Shown: positions 33,781-44,899 of the stretch, piece by piece
How positions within the stretch are numbered: the stretch's first letter is position 1
Layout: every line of letters starts with the position of its first letter
NCBI GenBank assembly: GCA_002269645.1
Contig: NIVC01003910.1
Coordinates: 6,117-70,116 of the forward strand
Source of the DNA: Macrostomum lignano
Lineage: Eukaryota
DNA length: 64,000 nucleotides
Reading direction: 5' to 3'
Program-made: the position numbers and the translations under genes
The notes under the pieces: generated by a model
What the model was told of the DNA's origin: nothing
Databases searched by the model: none
What the model saw: only the letters and a program-made list of their open reading frames with translations

Positions 33781-36700
33781 ACTTTAACCCCGCCTTCCAG
33801 ATTACACAATAAACAGTTCAGTAAGTGAACATTGTGCACACATTATTGTTTCTCATGCGTTTCTCTTTTTTTGTCTCTACAATTGAATGCCAAATTTTTG
33901 GCGCCAATACGTGAGTTCTGACTAAAACTAATGTTTCTAAATTGCTACTCAAATTCTCTCTAGTAAGTAGCGAGATACTTATAATGAAGACCTTGTCTTG
34001 TTTTCATTAAACTTTGAATTTCAACACGGCTTGAAGGTCAGCGGCTGAGCAAGGCGCTCCAGACTCCGGCCTCATCCATGCGGCTCCTCACTGCATGAGA
34101 GGTGGGGCTCGGGGGGGAGGGTGGGAGATGCCGTGGCTAATCCATAGTCGGGTAAAACCGGAGAGCTGCAGCTGTTTCAATATTAGGGGAGAATAATCCC
34201 CCTGGCGGAGCACGGCTGCGATGAGGCTGGCAGCTGCAGGGATCCGAATCAAAGTGGGATTTGACACGAACCTGGCTGCTTGATCTGCTGCGGCTGTCGA
34301 AGTATTTGGGACGCGGATCCCAATCTGATACAGATATCCCTAGCCTTCCTTTTCTCCCCTTGAGCTAGTCAGGTGGCTTCGTGACTCGCAGCGCAAAAAA
34401 TATAAAGAGGATTTTTTCAGCAGGGGACCGGGGCGCGGCCTTCTCATTTCCGCTGCTCGCTCCGAGTCCCTGCTCAAGCTTCTCCAGGGATATTTATCCC
34501 AAGAAGGCGTGTTCCCGGCTCCGCTTCCCCACCCCATATTTTCCCATATTCGCCACGATTTCCCGGCGCTGAATAAAAATCCCCGCTAATCCTGAGGCCA
34601 GGTGGAAATCCCATTCCCGCTGATGAAGCTCGGTGTTCGCCCAGGTGAAAGAGAAAATCCTGGCGAACTCGAGAGCCTCGCCGCCGCCGCCGCCGCCGCA
34701 TCTCCGCGTGCACCGGGCGGAAAATCTCCGGCAGCTGCAGCCGAGAATTTGCGGACTTGACTGATGCAGCCCAGCCTCTGTGTGGCAACTCCCAGCAAAT
34801 ATATTTGCTCTACTCGCCTACTTGCAGTAAGCTGTAGTGAAAATTATTTCATTTGACAGCGAGAAAATATAAATTCAAAGACTAAAAAATAGGCTAAATT
34901 CTGAAAACTAAAACGGCCCTTTTAAGGGCCACCCAAGCAAGTTGCAACTCGTTGGAATGATGACGTGGGTGGGGATGATGACGATGATGAAGAATCTGGA
35001 TGCGCCTGCGGGCGGCCGGCCATTCAGGCAAACTGCTCGATTTTGAAAGCCCTTCCGATCCATTGAGAGTTCATGCAGCCCCGCCCCGGAGATGCTGAAA
35101 GCAAGGGGAGGCCAGAAGATTATAAACTCGTCTTCTCCCGGTCCGTTTTGATGAAGCAGTCCAGCCTCTCCTGCTTTCCCTATTCAGCAGCTCGAGCAGC
35201 TCTTTGGCCCGCCTCCCTCAGGGGCTCTCAGGGCCGCCCGGGACGGGACGGGCAGGTAATTATCCATTTACCTGGACCGGGAGGCGGTCAAAGAGGAAGT
35301 CGAGTCGTAGGGAGGGGGGGAGAGAATCTGTGCGGGGCTGATGAGGCCAGGATGCTGGCGTAGTGAATCGGACTCGGCCGCTGATTACCGGACAGGCCCG
35401 GCCAGGCCGGCCGGACAGCACGGGACAAGTCAGGTGAAGTCAGAGACAAAGCAGCTCGCAGACGGCAGCGGAAAGCAGCGGGAAACTGAGCGAGTTGAGC
35501 GGCTCAGAGAGCAGCAATGATAAGGCGGGGATGCTGCACGCGTGTCCGCCTCATCAACTTCACTAGGCAGCTGCGCCGATGACGGCAGAAAAGTTCCAGC
35601 ACTGCAGAGGCCGGCTGCCCCGTGCAGCTGCCTCAGCTTCCCCTCTGCATCTGCGCCCCAGCCTCTGCCTGTTTCTGCCCAGATGAGTCCTTGAGCGGCT
35701 CCGCAGCGGCTCCGCAGCTGCAATCAAGAGTAGAAGGGGAAGGGGAGTTGTCAAAGGCAGGCCCGAACTATTCGGGATTCGGAGAGCTGCTCTGAGCAGC
35801 AGCAGCGGCAGCGGCTTCCCCTGCCGGAGCCGGGCTGCAGTGCGGGCGAGCGGCTCGTGGGGGCTGCGTGCGATGGAGGCAGGCCGGAGGCTGCCTTTTC
35901 CCCAAGGAGGCTGCAGCTGCAGACAGGGGAGGCTGAGTTGCCCGGCAACCGCTGCCGGCCCAGCGAGCAGCGAGTCGGAGGCGGCGATCGCTCGGGGATC
36001 GCGGATATCGATTTTCCCTGCTCCCGGCCAGCCTCCTCCAGCCTCACTGAAGGCTGCGAGTGCAGCGGCGGGGCAGAGGGGGCGGCCGCGGCCCGAGTGC
36101 TCAGCTGCTGCCCTCTGCGATCGCGAGCTGCCGGAGGAGGCTGCGGCCAGCCGCCCAGCCCGCCGCTCTCAAAGCCCAGCCTCTGCCTCATCTCTCCTTC
36201 CTCTCTCCCTTTGCCGAGCGGGCCTCAATTTTTGCGTGCGAAATCCCCTCGCTTCCTCTCTCGGCTCTGCCCCCCCCCCCAACCGAGCAGGGAGCGGGCG
36301 GAGAGGCTGCCAACAACTCTCTGAGTCCTCTGAGTCACCCAAGCAGAACCGTGCCGGCCTGGCTTGCTGCTCGGGTAGATGAGGAAGGGAAGCCCCAGCC
36401 TCTCTTTGGCCAGGCTCGCCATCTCCTTCCTGCTCCCCTTTGCGCTTGTCTGCTTGGCACGCAACCCTGAACTCTAAGGCTAGGGAACCAAGCTATGGGA
36501 GAAAAATCCCCCTCTCATTTCATTTCTTCCAATTCATCCTCTCTGCAGGGCCCTCTGGCGGGGCTTAAACAAATGTCTTTGTGCCTCACCGCAGACAAAG
36601 ACCTCAGCCGAGACCGGCCTGCGCGCTAATGGAGAGGCGGTGTCGCGGAAACCTGAGCCATTGTGCCTGCCGGTTGCGCCGACAGATGCGCGGGGGGGGA

Positions 36701-37159
36701 GGCGGTTGCGTCAGATCTGGGAAGTGGCGATGACTGAAGAGGAAAGCAAGAATTCACGAGCTGGCTGGCTAAGGGGCCGATATTTGGAAAACAATGGCCA
36801 AGGGGCTCTGAATTAATTCGCCAGCTGGGCATTGCTGGGGGGGGGGGGGGTTGCGCCACTCTCCCCAATGCCCACAGCTCTGCGCCCCGAGAAATCCGAG
36901 ACGGGCGAAGTCGATGGCGATGTCTTCTGCTGTTGCTTTTTTCTCAACACAGCCGTCTCGAATTTCCCTCACCTGCCCAGGTTGGACTCTGTTACTGTGG
37001 AAACTGGGAGGGACACTCGCGATTTGCATTGGCTTCGGGTCTGAGAGTTCGGCTTGCCTTTGCGTTTGCCCGCTTGCAACTGCGGGCCTGCATGGCTCTG
37101 GCGCTGGCCGAACCCAGCTACGGATTGGGCCTGTGGAGTGCGAGGGACTCTCGGAGCCG

Positions 37160-37883
37160 CAGGTGGGGTCAGTACAGGCTAATGGGAGATAGAGGGGGCA
37201 GGTGGGGTCAGTACAGGCTAATGGGAGATAGAGGGGGCAGGTGGGGTCAGTACAGGCTAATGGGAGATAGAGGGGGCAGGTGGGGTCAGTACAGGCTAAT
37301 GGGAGATAGAGGGGGCAGGTGGGGTCAGTACAGGCTAATGGGAGATAGAGGGGGCAGGTGGGGTCAGTACAGGCTAATGGGAGATAGAGGGGGCAGGTGG
37401 GGTCAGTACAGGCTAATGGGAGATAGAGGGGGCAGGTGGGGTCAGTACAGGCTAATGGGAGATAGAGGGGGCAGGTGGGGTCAGTAGAGGCTAATTGGAG
37501 ATAGAGGGGGGCAGGTGGGGTCAGTAGAGGCTAATGGGAGATAGAGGGGGCAGGTGGGGTCAGTACAGGCTAATTGGAGATAGAGGGGGCAGGTGGGGTC
37601 AGTAGAGGCTAATGGGAGATAGAGGGGGGCAGGTGGGGTCAGTAGAGGCTAATGGGAGATAGAGGGGGGCAGGTGGGGTCAGTACAGGCTAATTGGAGAT
37701 AGAGGGGGGCAGGTGGGGTCAGTAGAGGCTAATGGGAGATAGAGGGGGGCAGGTGGGGTCAGTAGAGGCTCTAGTGGGAGATATAGGGGGCAGGTGGGGT
37801 CAGTACAAGCTAATGGGAGATACCCGAGGCAGGTGGGGTCAGTACAGGCTCTAGTGAGAGATAGAGGGGGCAGGTGGGGTCAG
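37160..37883. repeat. Minisatellite, 39-40-bp GCAGGTGGGGTCAGTACAGGCTAATGGGAGATAGAGGGG
   Basis: About 18 copies. Confidence 0.96.
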
Positions 37884-38259
37884 CGGTGTCGGAACATGTT
37901 TCAAAGTGGGGGGGGGGCTATTGGTGGGAAGGCACATTGCACATGATTTTTTTAATCTAAGGGCACACAAACTCCGGCTGTTATGTCAGTTTGTGACATT
38001 GTGACAACCAGGCCAATATTCAATTCTGTGTTGAAAGTGGCCAAAATTCTGAAAAATGTTCAAATTTTCAATTAATTCAAACATTGCCCAACTCCACTGC
38101 ACTATCAATTTATTTAGTAAATATCTCAAATGAATGAAAATTGCCAGGGCAAGACCAGTAATTTTCTGGATCTCTTGGCTGCCTCCTTCAGTTCCTCTTG
38201 GCGCTGTCTATTTATTATTTTATCTGACGGCTTTTTAGTGCTTTTACGAGCTACCAAAA

Positions 38260-39159
38260 CAGGGGTGGGCAAACTCCGGCCTGAGGGCCAAATGTGGCCC
38301 GCAAAGCCTCTCTATCCGGCCCTTGGGTCCTTTGAATCTTCACAATAGCAATCCGGCCCGCTCGATGTGTGTCTCTTCTCAGCTCTCTCTTCTCTCACCT
38401 CTCTCTTCTCTCACCTCTCTCTTCTCTCACCTCTCTCTTCTCTCACATCTCTCTTCTCAATTCTCCTGTCCTCTCCTCTCCTCTCCTCACCTCTCCTCTC
38501 CTCACCTCTCCTCTCCTCACCTCTCCTCTCCTCACCTCTCCTCTCCTCACCTCCCTCCTCTTCTCTCATCTCCTCACCTCTCCTCACCTCTCTCCTGTCC
38601 TCTCATCTCATCTCCTCACCTCTCTCCTCTCCTCACCTCTCTCCTGTCCTCTCATCTCATCTCCTCACCTCTCTCCTCTCCTCACCTCTCTCCTGTCCTC
38701 TCATCTCATCTCCTCACCTCTCTCCTCTCCTCACCTCTCTCCTGTCCTCTCATCTCATCTCCTCACCTCTCTCCTCTCCTCTCCTCTCATCTCCTCACCT
38801 CTCTCCTCTCCTCTCCTCTCACCTCCTGTTTCCTCTCCATTCTCTTCTCCCTTCCCTCCTCACTTATGTCCTTCCTCCTCTCTCACATATTTCAACTCTC
38901 CTCTCCCCATTCATCGCCCAACTCCTCCCTCCTCTCTCCTCTCCTATTTCATCTCTCTTATTCTTTTTTCCTTCGCCTCTCCTTTCTCCTGCGCTCGTAT
39001 TTCTCTTCTCTATTCCCTATCCTCTCTCCCTAAAGCCCGCAGTCATCAGGGACTCCTGGGCGCGCATTTCGCTCATGGGGCCCAGCGAAGCGGACCCAGA
39101 AGGGCAGCCATGCGCTGTTCTCAATCCGGCCCTTGAGGTAAAAAGTTTGCTGATCCTTG
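38260..39159. mobile_element. Non-autonomous hAT-like element containing a CT-rich satellite
   Basis: Imperfect TIRs CAGGGGTGGGCAAACT / AGTTTGCTGATCCTTG and GGCCC subterminal motifs typical of hAT elements; TSD only 5/8 matching. Confidence 0.55.
38375..39030. repeat. CT-rich low-complexity satellite (TCTCCTCACC...)
   Basis: Pyrimidine-dominated tandem units. Confidence 0.92.
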
Positions 39160-39353
39160 CACTAAAGCACTAGGCTTAGGCACATTAGATAAAAATGTAG
39201 TGGTATGAGATTGAGAACAACATGAACTTTTATATCAGCTGGTACCCACAGCTTCCAAGACTCAGTAAAGCCAAAGCCAAAAACTGACCGACACTTGCTT
39301 GAAATTCAAAAAGGGCACTTGGAGGATCATGCAAAATGCCCCCCACTGAGGCT

Positions 39354-39450
39354 GGCACTGAGGCTGGCACTCAGGCTGGCACTCAGGCTGGCACTCAGGC
39401 TGGCACTGAGGCTGGCACTGAGGCTGGCACTGAGGCTGGCACTGAGGCCC
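39354..39450. repeat. Minisatellite, 12-bp ACTGAGGCTGGC
   Basis: About 8 copies. Confidence 0.92.
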
Positions 39451-40476
39451 ATCTCAGATGGCCGCGTCTTCCTCCAGCCTTCCCCCTTCTTTCAATTTTG
39501 GCAACAGCAGGCCGTGGGGGCGCCCGCATATTCGAAACTGCAGCCTGAGAGGCAAAATTGTCGCGAGAGAGGGAAGGGGCATTTCCGGCCAAATCGTCTG
39601 TGTTTTGTCTTCAATCGCGAGACGGCAATTCTTGGAATTCGGAAAAAATTAAGCAAGAGAAAGGAGTGGAGGATGGCGCTGAGGTAAACAGGAGAAGGGG
39701 ATCTCTAGCCCGGCTCTCACTCGAGTCCCACTTGCGGTATCCAAGGCAGGGGGAAGCTGGCTGTGACTCTTAGCGGTTGGCAAAAAGCGACATGTCGAGA
39801 TGAAGCAAAGCACAGGCGGTCTGTGACTCACCGGTGCGGCTCGGAGACTGCGATCGGGTAGGCAGATGATGCAAAGGGGGGGGGAGCGGAAGCCCCGGTG
39901 GGCGCAGGTTGAGCGGGGCCGCCAGGTGCGGGACAGCCGTAATTACTGGCCTCAGCCGCCACCTGCCGCTATCCTGTTCGAAGCCCTGGCCGGCTGGGGG
40001 AAAAATCTCCCTAAAAAATCTACTTTCCCCCGAAAATCTCTTCGTCCCAGCGAGGCAGCGAGAAGGAAAGAGATGATGAAGAATCTTGGTGGAGAAAATG
40101 GAACAGCAGTGCGATGACAGCCCAGCTTAGAAGCCTCAGGGCGGGTGCGGCATTGCGCAAGGCCTCCGCCAAGACCCCCCTTGGAGCGCCCGACCTTGCG
40201 TCACAGCCTTAGGAGGCCGGCTGGCGTCAGTGGAGTGGAAACGCTTGCGCAACTCCTTTGACGGGGAATGCGAGAATTGCCTCTGAGTGCCTCGGGTTGA
40301 GCCGCCACCCACAGAGCAGCTTTGCGCTCATCGGACATTGGCCGGCCATTAGCGCCTACGGCCGGCTCTGCATGGTCTGCGGGAATCTTCACTTGGTTCA
40401 GTTCCCACTGTGCCTGCTGTGGGGCCCGGATTTGGGACCCGGCTGGGCAGGCACACACTAAGATAGGGGGCAGACA

Positions 40477-40943
40477 CATAGGCGAAGGAGCGTTTCAAAA
40501 AGTGGGGGGGGGGGGCAGCCCCGTCGAGTTCGACACATTATCATGTACCGATTATTTTCAGAATCCATCTTGTCAGCACTCATTTTATAAAGCGCCGCAG
40601 GCACTCATTTTAGCGCCGCAGGCACTCATTTTAGCGCCGCAGGCACTCATTTTAGCGCCGCAGGCACTCATTTTGGCGCCGCAGGCACTCATTTTAGCGC
40701 CGCAGGCACTCATTTTGGCGCTGCAGGCACTCATTTTAGCGCCGCAGGCACTCATTTTGGCGCTGCAGGCGCTATGTTTTGTCTCCCTGCAGCAAAATGC
40801 ATTCATGCAAAGCAGCAAAAACCAAAAATAAGCAAGAAGTCTACATTTTACATTTAAAATGTGGAGGGGCTATATATTACTGGCCTCCCGATTTTAAAAA
40901 GTGGGGGGGCATGGCCCCACTGCCCCCCGTTCCTACGCCTATG
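40477..40943. mobile_element. hAT-type MITE with internal 21-bp tandem array
   Basis: TIRs CATAGGCGAAGGAGCG / CGTTCCTACGCCTATG; perfect 8-bp TSD GGCAGACA (40469-40476 / 40944-40951). Confidence 0.85.
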
Positions 40944-41104
40944 GGCAGACAGACAGGCACAAAGATAGATTGGCGCCTAGACAGACGCTAAGGCAGGCTG
41001 ACAGACATGTAGACACAAACTATATCTACGAACTACGGGAGACATACGTTAAGACAGACAGACATTAATGGATACAGACAAGACAGGCACACTGCCACAG
41101 AGCC

Positions 41105-41270
41105 CCTAACACACACAGCTGGGCTGCACACTCAGAAACAGGCGGGCTGCACACAGGGACAGGCGGGCTGCACACACAGGGACAGGAGGGCTGCACACAG
41201 GGACAGGAGGGCTGCACACACAGGGACAGGCGGGCTGCACACAGGGACAGGCGGGCTGCACACACAGGAC
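41105..41270. repeat. Minisatellite, 21-23-bp GGGCTGCACACAGGGACAGGC
   Basis: About 7 copies. Confidence 0.88.
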
Positions 41271-43639
41271 AGATGCGGAAACGAAGCCGCATGAGAAACT
41301 GCAGTTGCTGGCTGGATTCGGGGCCACAGCAGGGCCCTGGAAGCAGCAAAGCTCGCTGACCAGGAAACGCCTGCAGCTCCTTTCTATCGTGCGGACAGAG
41401 CAATAAACTGAGGGGGGTCGCAAGTCAAGTCTTCGGGGCCCCGGGACCCGGGGGCGCCGCACGCTGCTGAGGGCGGTCACAATAAATGAAAATTATTAAT
41501 GGTCCAAAAATGGCCTGCAGAACGCAGTGCGCCATGCAGCTGATGGGGAAGCTCTTGAAGGGGAGAAATTTCCCAAAAATGGAAAACATCTGCCGGAGGG
41601 GCGCAACGTGCCCGTCTGGGCCGGTCGGGGCAGCGCAGATTCCAAGAACAACCGGGCATGCTGCGCCCCATCAGTTTGTACTTGTAAACAAGAGGAGTCA
41701 GGCTATTGCGAACTCAGGCCGTGAGCTGCCCATTGCAAGCAGCAGCAACCGCCAACAAAAGCTCATATCATCAAATTATAGTTCAAACTGTGAGCTGGCG
41801 GAATTGACAAGCAAGCAACTTGTCAAATTGTGAAATTTCGAGCTTGTGAAAGACTCTGTCGCTTACGAAACGCCTCTCTTGCTTGCTGGATAGGAGGAAA
41901 GAAGGAGGAAAGCAGAGGACACGCCACAACTCCTACTAGGCCTAGCACGAAGCAGGGCAGACAGAGCTGGCCCGCGGCCCCTCCGGGTGAGGCTGCAGTC
42001 TGGGGGGGGGAGAATGTGGGGACTCGAGCAAGAGGGGAGAGGGGCTTCCTTCTCCCCCGGGCCTATGGCGGCGGCCCGGGCGGGCTCTGGGGGGTTCGGC
42101 AGGGCGGGGGTGGCGGTGCCACGGAAGGCTATAAAATGCGCTGCCCCGGGCAGAGACAGGCCTCTCCAGACCTCCTCTGCACAGCCCGGCTCGCTCCAAC
42201 AGCTCCCCGTCCCGTGTGGGAGCAGCGGCCAGCCGGAGTTCCTCATCCGCCATTGCCCTCAGCTGAGGAATCGATCGCGCAAGCCGATTGCGGCTCTCTG
42301 CCGATGACCAGGTGAGTTCAGCACAAGCAAATTGGTAACCCGAGAGCCCAGGCCGTACGGCCGCGCACTCCCCATCCGTAGGCGCAACTTTGGTATCCAC
42401 TGCAGGTCTTATTCCGCCATGCGCAGCGGCTTGCTGGCCAGGGGTGGCCTGCCGAAATCCCCTTTGCAACTCCGGCCCAGCTTCCCAGCCAGAGCCGCCA
42501 GCTTCTCCACCCCGACGGTGCCCTGCGGTGGCGGCCGGCTCCACTCCGAGTGAGGGGAAGCCGGGCAGCCGCCGAGCTGAGGGGCGCCGCGGTAGTGGCA
42601 GAACAGGCGAGCTTGGTGGAGGCTGGAAGCTGGCTTGCAGAGAGCGGAGATGACGGAGTCCACCCCAGCCCAGGCTGCAGCCAAATAAGGCACGCGGTGA
42701 ATGCCAGTGATGTGTCGTTGAGCAGCAACTGCCCCAACCGATTCCCCGTCCACTTGAAATCGTTCCTGAACAGTTCGAGCCCCGCTTGCATTTAATTTCC
42801 CTGTCTACAGAATATAAATAAAATGCTGATATTTCTACTTTCAGTAGTCTGAAATCGCATAGTAAGCGATTCCTACTAATAAACTGCATATTAGTAGGAA
42901 CCATGAGCGTCAAATCTTTTGTCAAAACGCAATGTACCGCATTAGCGGGAAAACTGCCATTTCTCCCGTCTCATTTATTTCACAACCTGCCGTTGTGCTG
43001 AAATGAACTGAAAAAAGAAACTAGTGTATATAATTAGTATTGCCAAAAAGCAAGCCAAAGCTGGTGAGACAACAGCTGATAATGAGGCCTCATTAGCGGG
43101 CAGTGGATTGTATTTTATTCATAAAACATCTGCGAACGCCAGGAGCAGCTGTGCAAACTCTGCGGGCGGTCTACATGTAGTTGCTGTTTGAGAAAGATTT
43201 AATCCGGCAGCTGAGCAGGCAGGATGCGGGAATCACAGTCAGGTGGGACAGACAGGTGAGGGCTGCACAGGATTAGCAGTGCAATTAATTGGACAGGTTG
43301 CAGATTAGCTGGACACAGCGAATGTTCAATTCGCTTACTGACAGATATGAGTAGTGCGCGCGGATATTGCGCTAAAAATTAAACTGATATTGGTTTGAAA
43401 GTAAAAAAATAAAACTTCATTCGTAAAACACTTGACTTCAGCTGAGGATAAGTCTTCTGGACAGCTTCAAGGAAATCCAACAGGCAACAGAGAGAGATAA
43501 GCAAAATGGACAATCCTTATTAAATGTAAAAAATAACAAAAAACAGCAAATGCTACTGACAGTAGCAATTTAAACGATTGAAATGACTTCGAATTCACAT
43601 GGGTAACGAATCATCGCAGCACATTGACACTTTTATTTA

Positions 43640-44222
43640 TGCAGGGTCAGTCAGTGGGGGAATGCAGGGTCAAGTCAGTGGGGGATGCAGGGTCAGTTAG
43701 TGGGAGATGCAGGGTCAGTCAGTGGGAGATGCAGGGTCAGTCAGTGGGGGATGCAGGGTCAGTTAGTGGGAGATGCAGGATCAGTTAGTGGGAGATGCAG
43801 GGTCAGTCAGTGGGGGATGCAGGGTCAGTTAGTGGGAGATGCAGGGTCAGTCAGTGGGGGATGCAGGGTCAGTTAGTGGGAGATGCAGGATCAGTTAGTG
43901 GGAGATGCAGGGTCAGTCAGTGGGGGATGCAGGGTCAGTTAGTGGGAGATGCAGGATCAGTTAGTGGGAGATGCAGGGTCAGTCAGTGGGGGATGCAGGG
44001 TCAGTTAGTGGGAGATGCAGGGTCAGTCAGTGGGGGATGCAGGGTCAGTTAGTGGGAGATGCAGGGTCAGTCAGTGGGAGATGCAGGGTCAGTCAGTGGG
44101 GGATGCAGGGTCAGTCAGTGGGAGATGCAGGGTCAGTTAGTGGGAGATGCAGGGTCAGTCAGTGGGGGATGCAGGGTCAGTCAGTGGGAGATGCAGGATC
44201 AGTCAGTGGGAGATGCAGGGTC
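43640..44222. repeat. Minisatellite, 22-bp GCAGGGTCAGTCAGTGGGGGAT
   Basis: About 26 copies just 3' of the AFTPH stop. Confidence 0.95.
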
Positions 44223-44286
44223 AATAAAACCACAGTGGCAGGGGGCTACACACAGAACACGCAGTCCCAGCAGCCCCAGCAGAGAT

Positions 44287-44726
44287 TCAGTGGCGCGGTC
44301 CGGGCGCAGGTGAGAGCGGGCGCAGCGCCTTGGGCAGGCGGGCCAGGAGGCCGCGCGCCCGCAGCGTCACCGGGGGGGTGGCGGGCCGGCGGTCGCCAGC
44401 GCCGCCGAGGTCGGCCGAGCCGTCGAAAGGCTGGGAGGCTGCGGCCGCTGCTGCTGATGGGGCTGCGGGAGATTAACGATGTGGTGGAGTCTGGAGACTG
44501 GCCTAGACCAGTTCGATCAAAGCCCGCCTCCTGTAAGCTCTGTAAGTGGAGTAAAATTTGAGGGCAAATGGGCAATTTGGGATGGAAATGTGAGACTAGA
44601 GAGCTGATTGAATAGGCCGAGTTGGGCTGGCCAAGGACAAATATGACTGATCAGCAGACACCAGACAGACAGACAGACAGACAGAGAGACAGACAGACAC
44701 ATAGAAAGACAGAAAGACAGTCAGTC

Positions 44727-44775
<49 letters not shown>

Positions 44776-44862
44776 CATAGAAAGACAGAAAGACAGTCAG
44801 TCAGACAGACAGACAGACAGACAGACACACAGACAGACAGACACACAGACAGACACACACAC

Positions 44863-44899
<37 letters not shown>

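Noticed and set aside
41942-42925. 327-aa minus-strand ORF and overlapping 100-160-aa ORFs
   Set aside because: TTG start, Pro/Gly/Arg/Ala-biased GC-rich composition, no recognisable motif.
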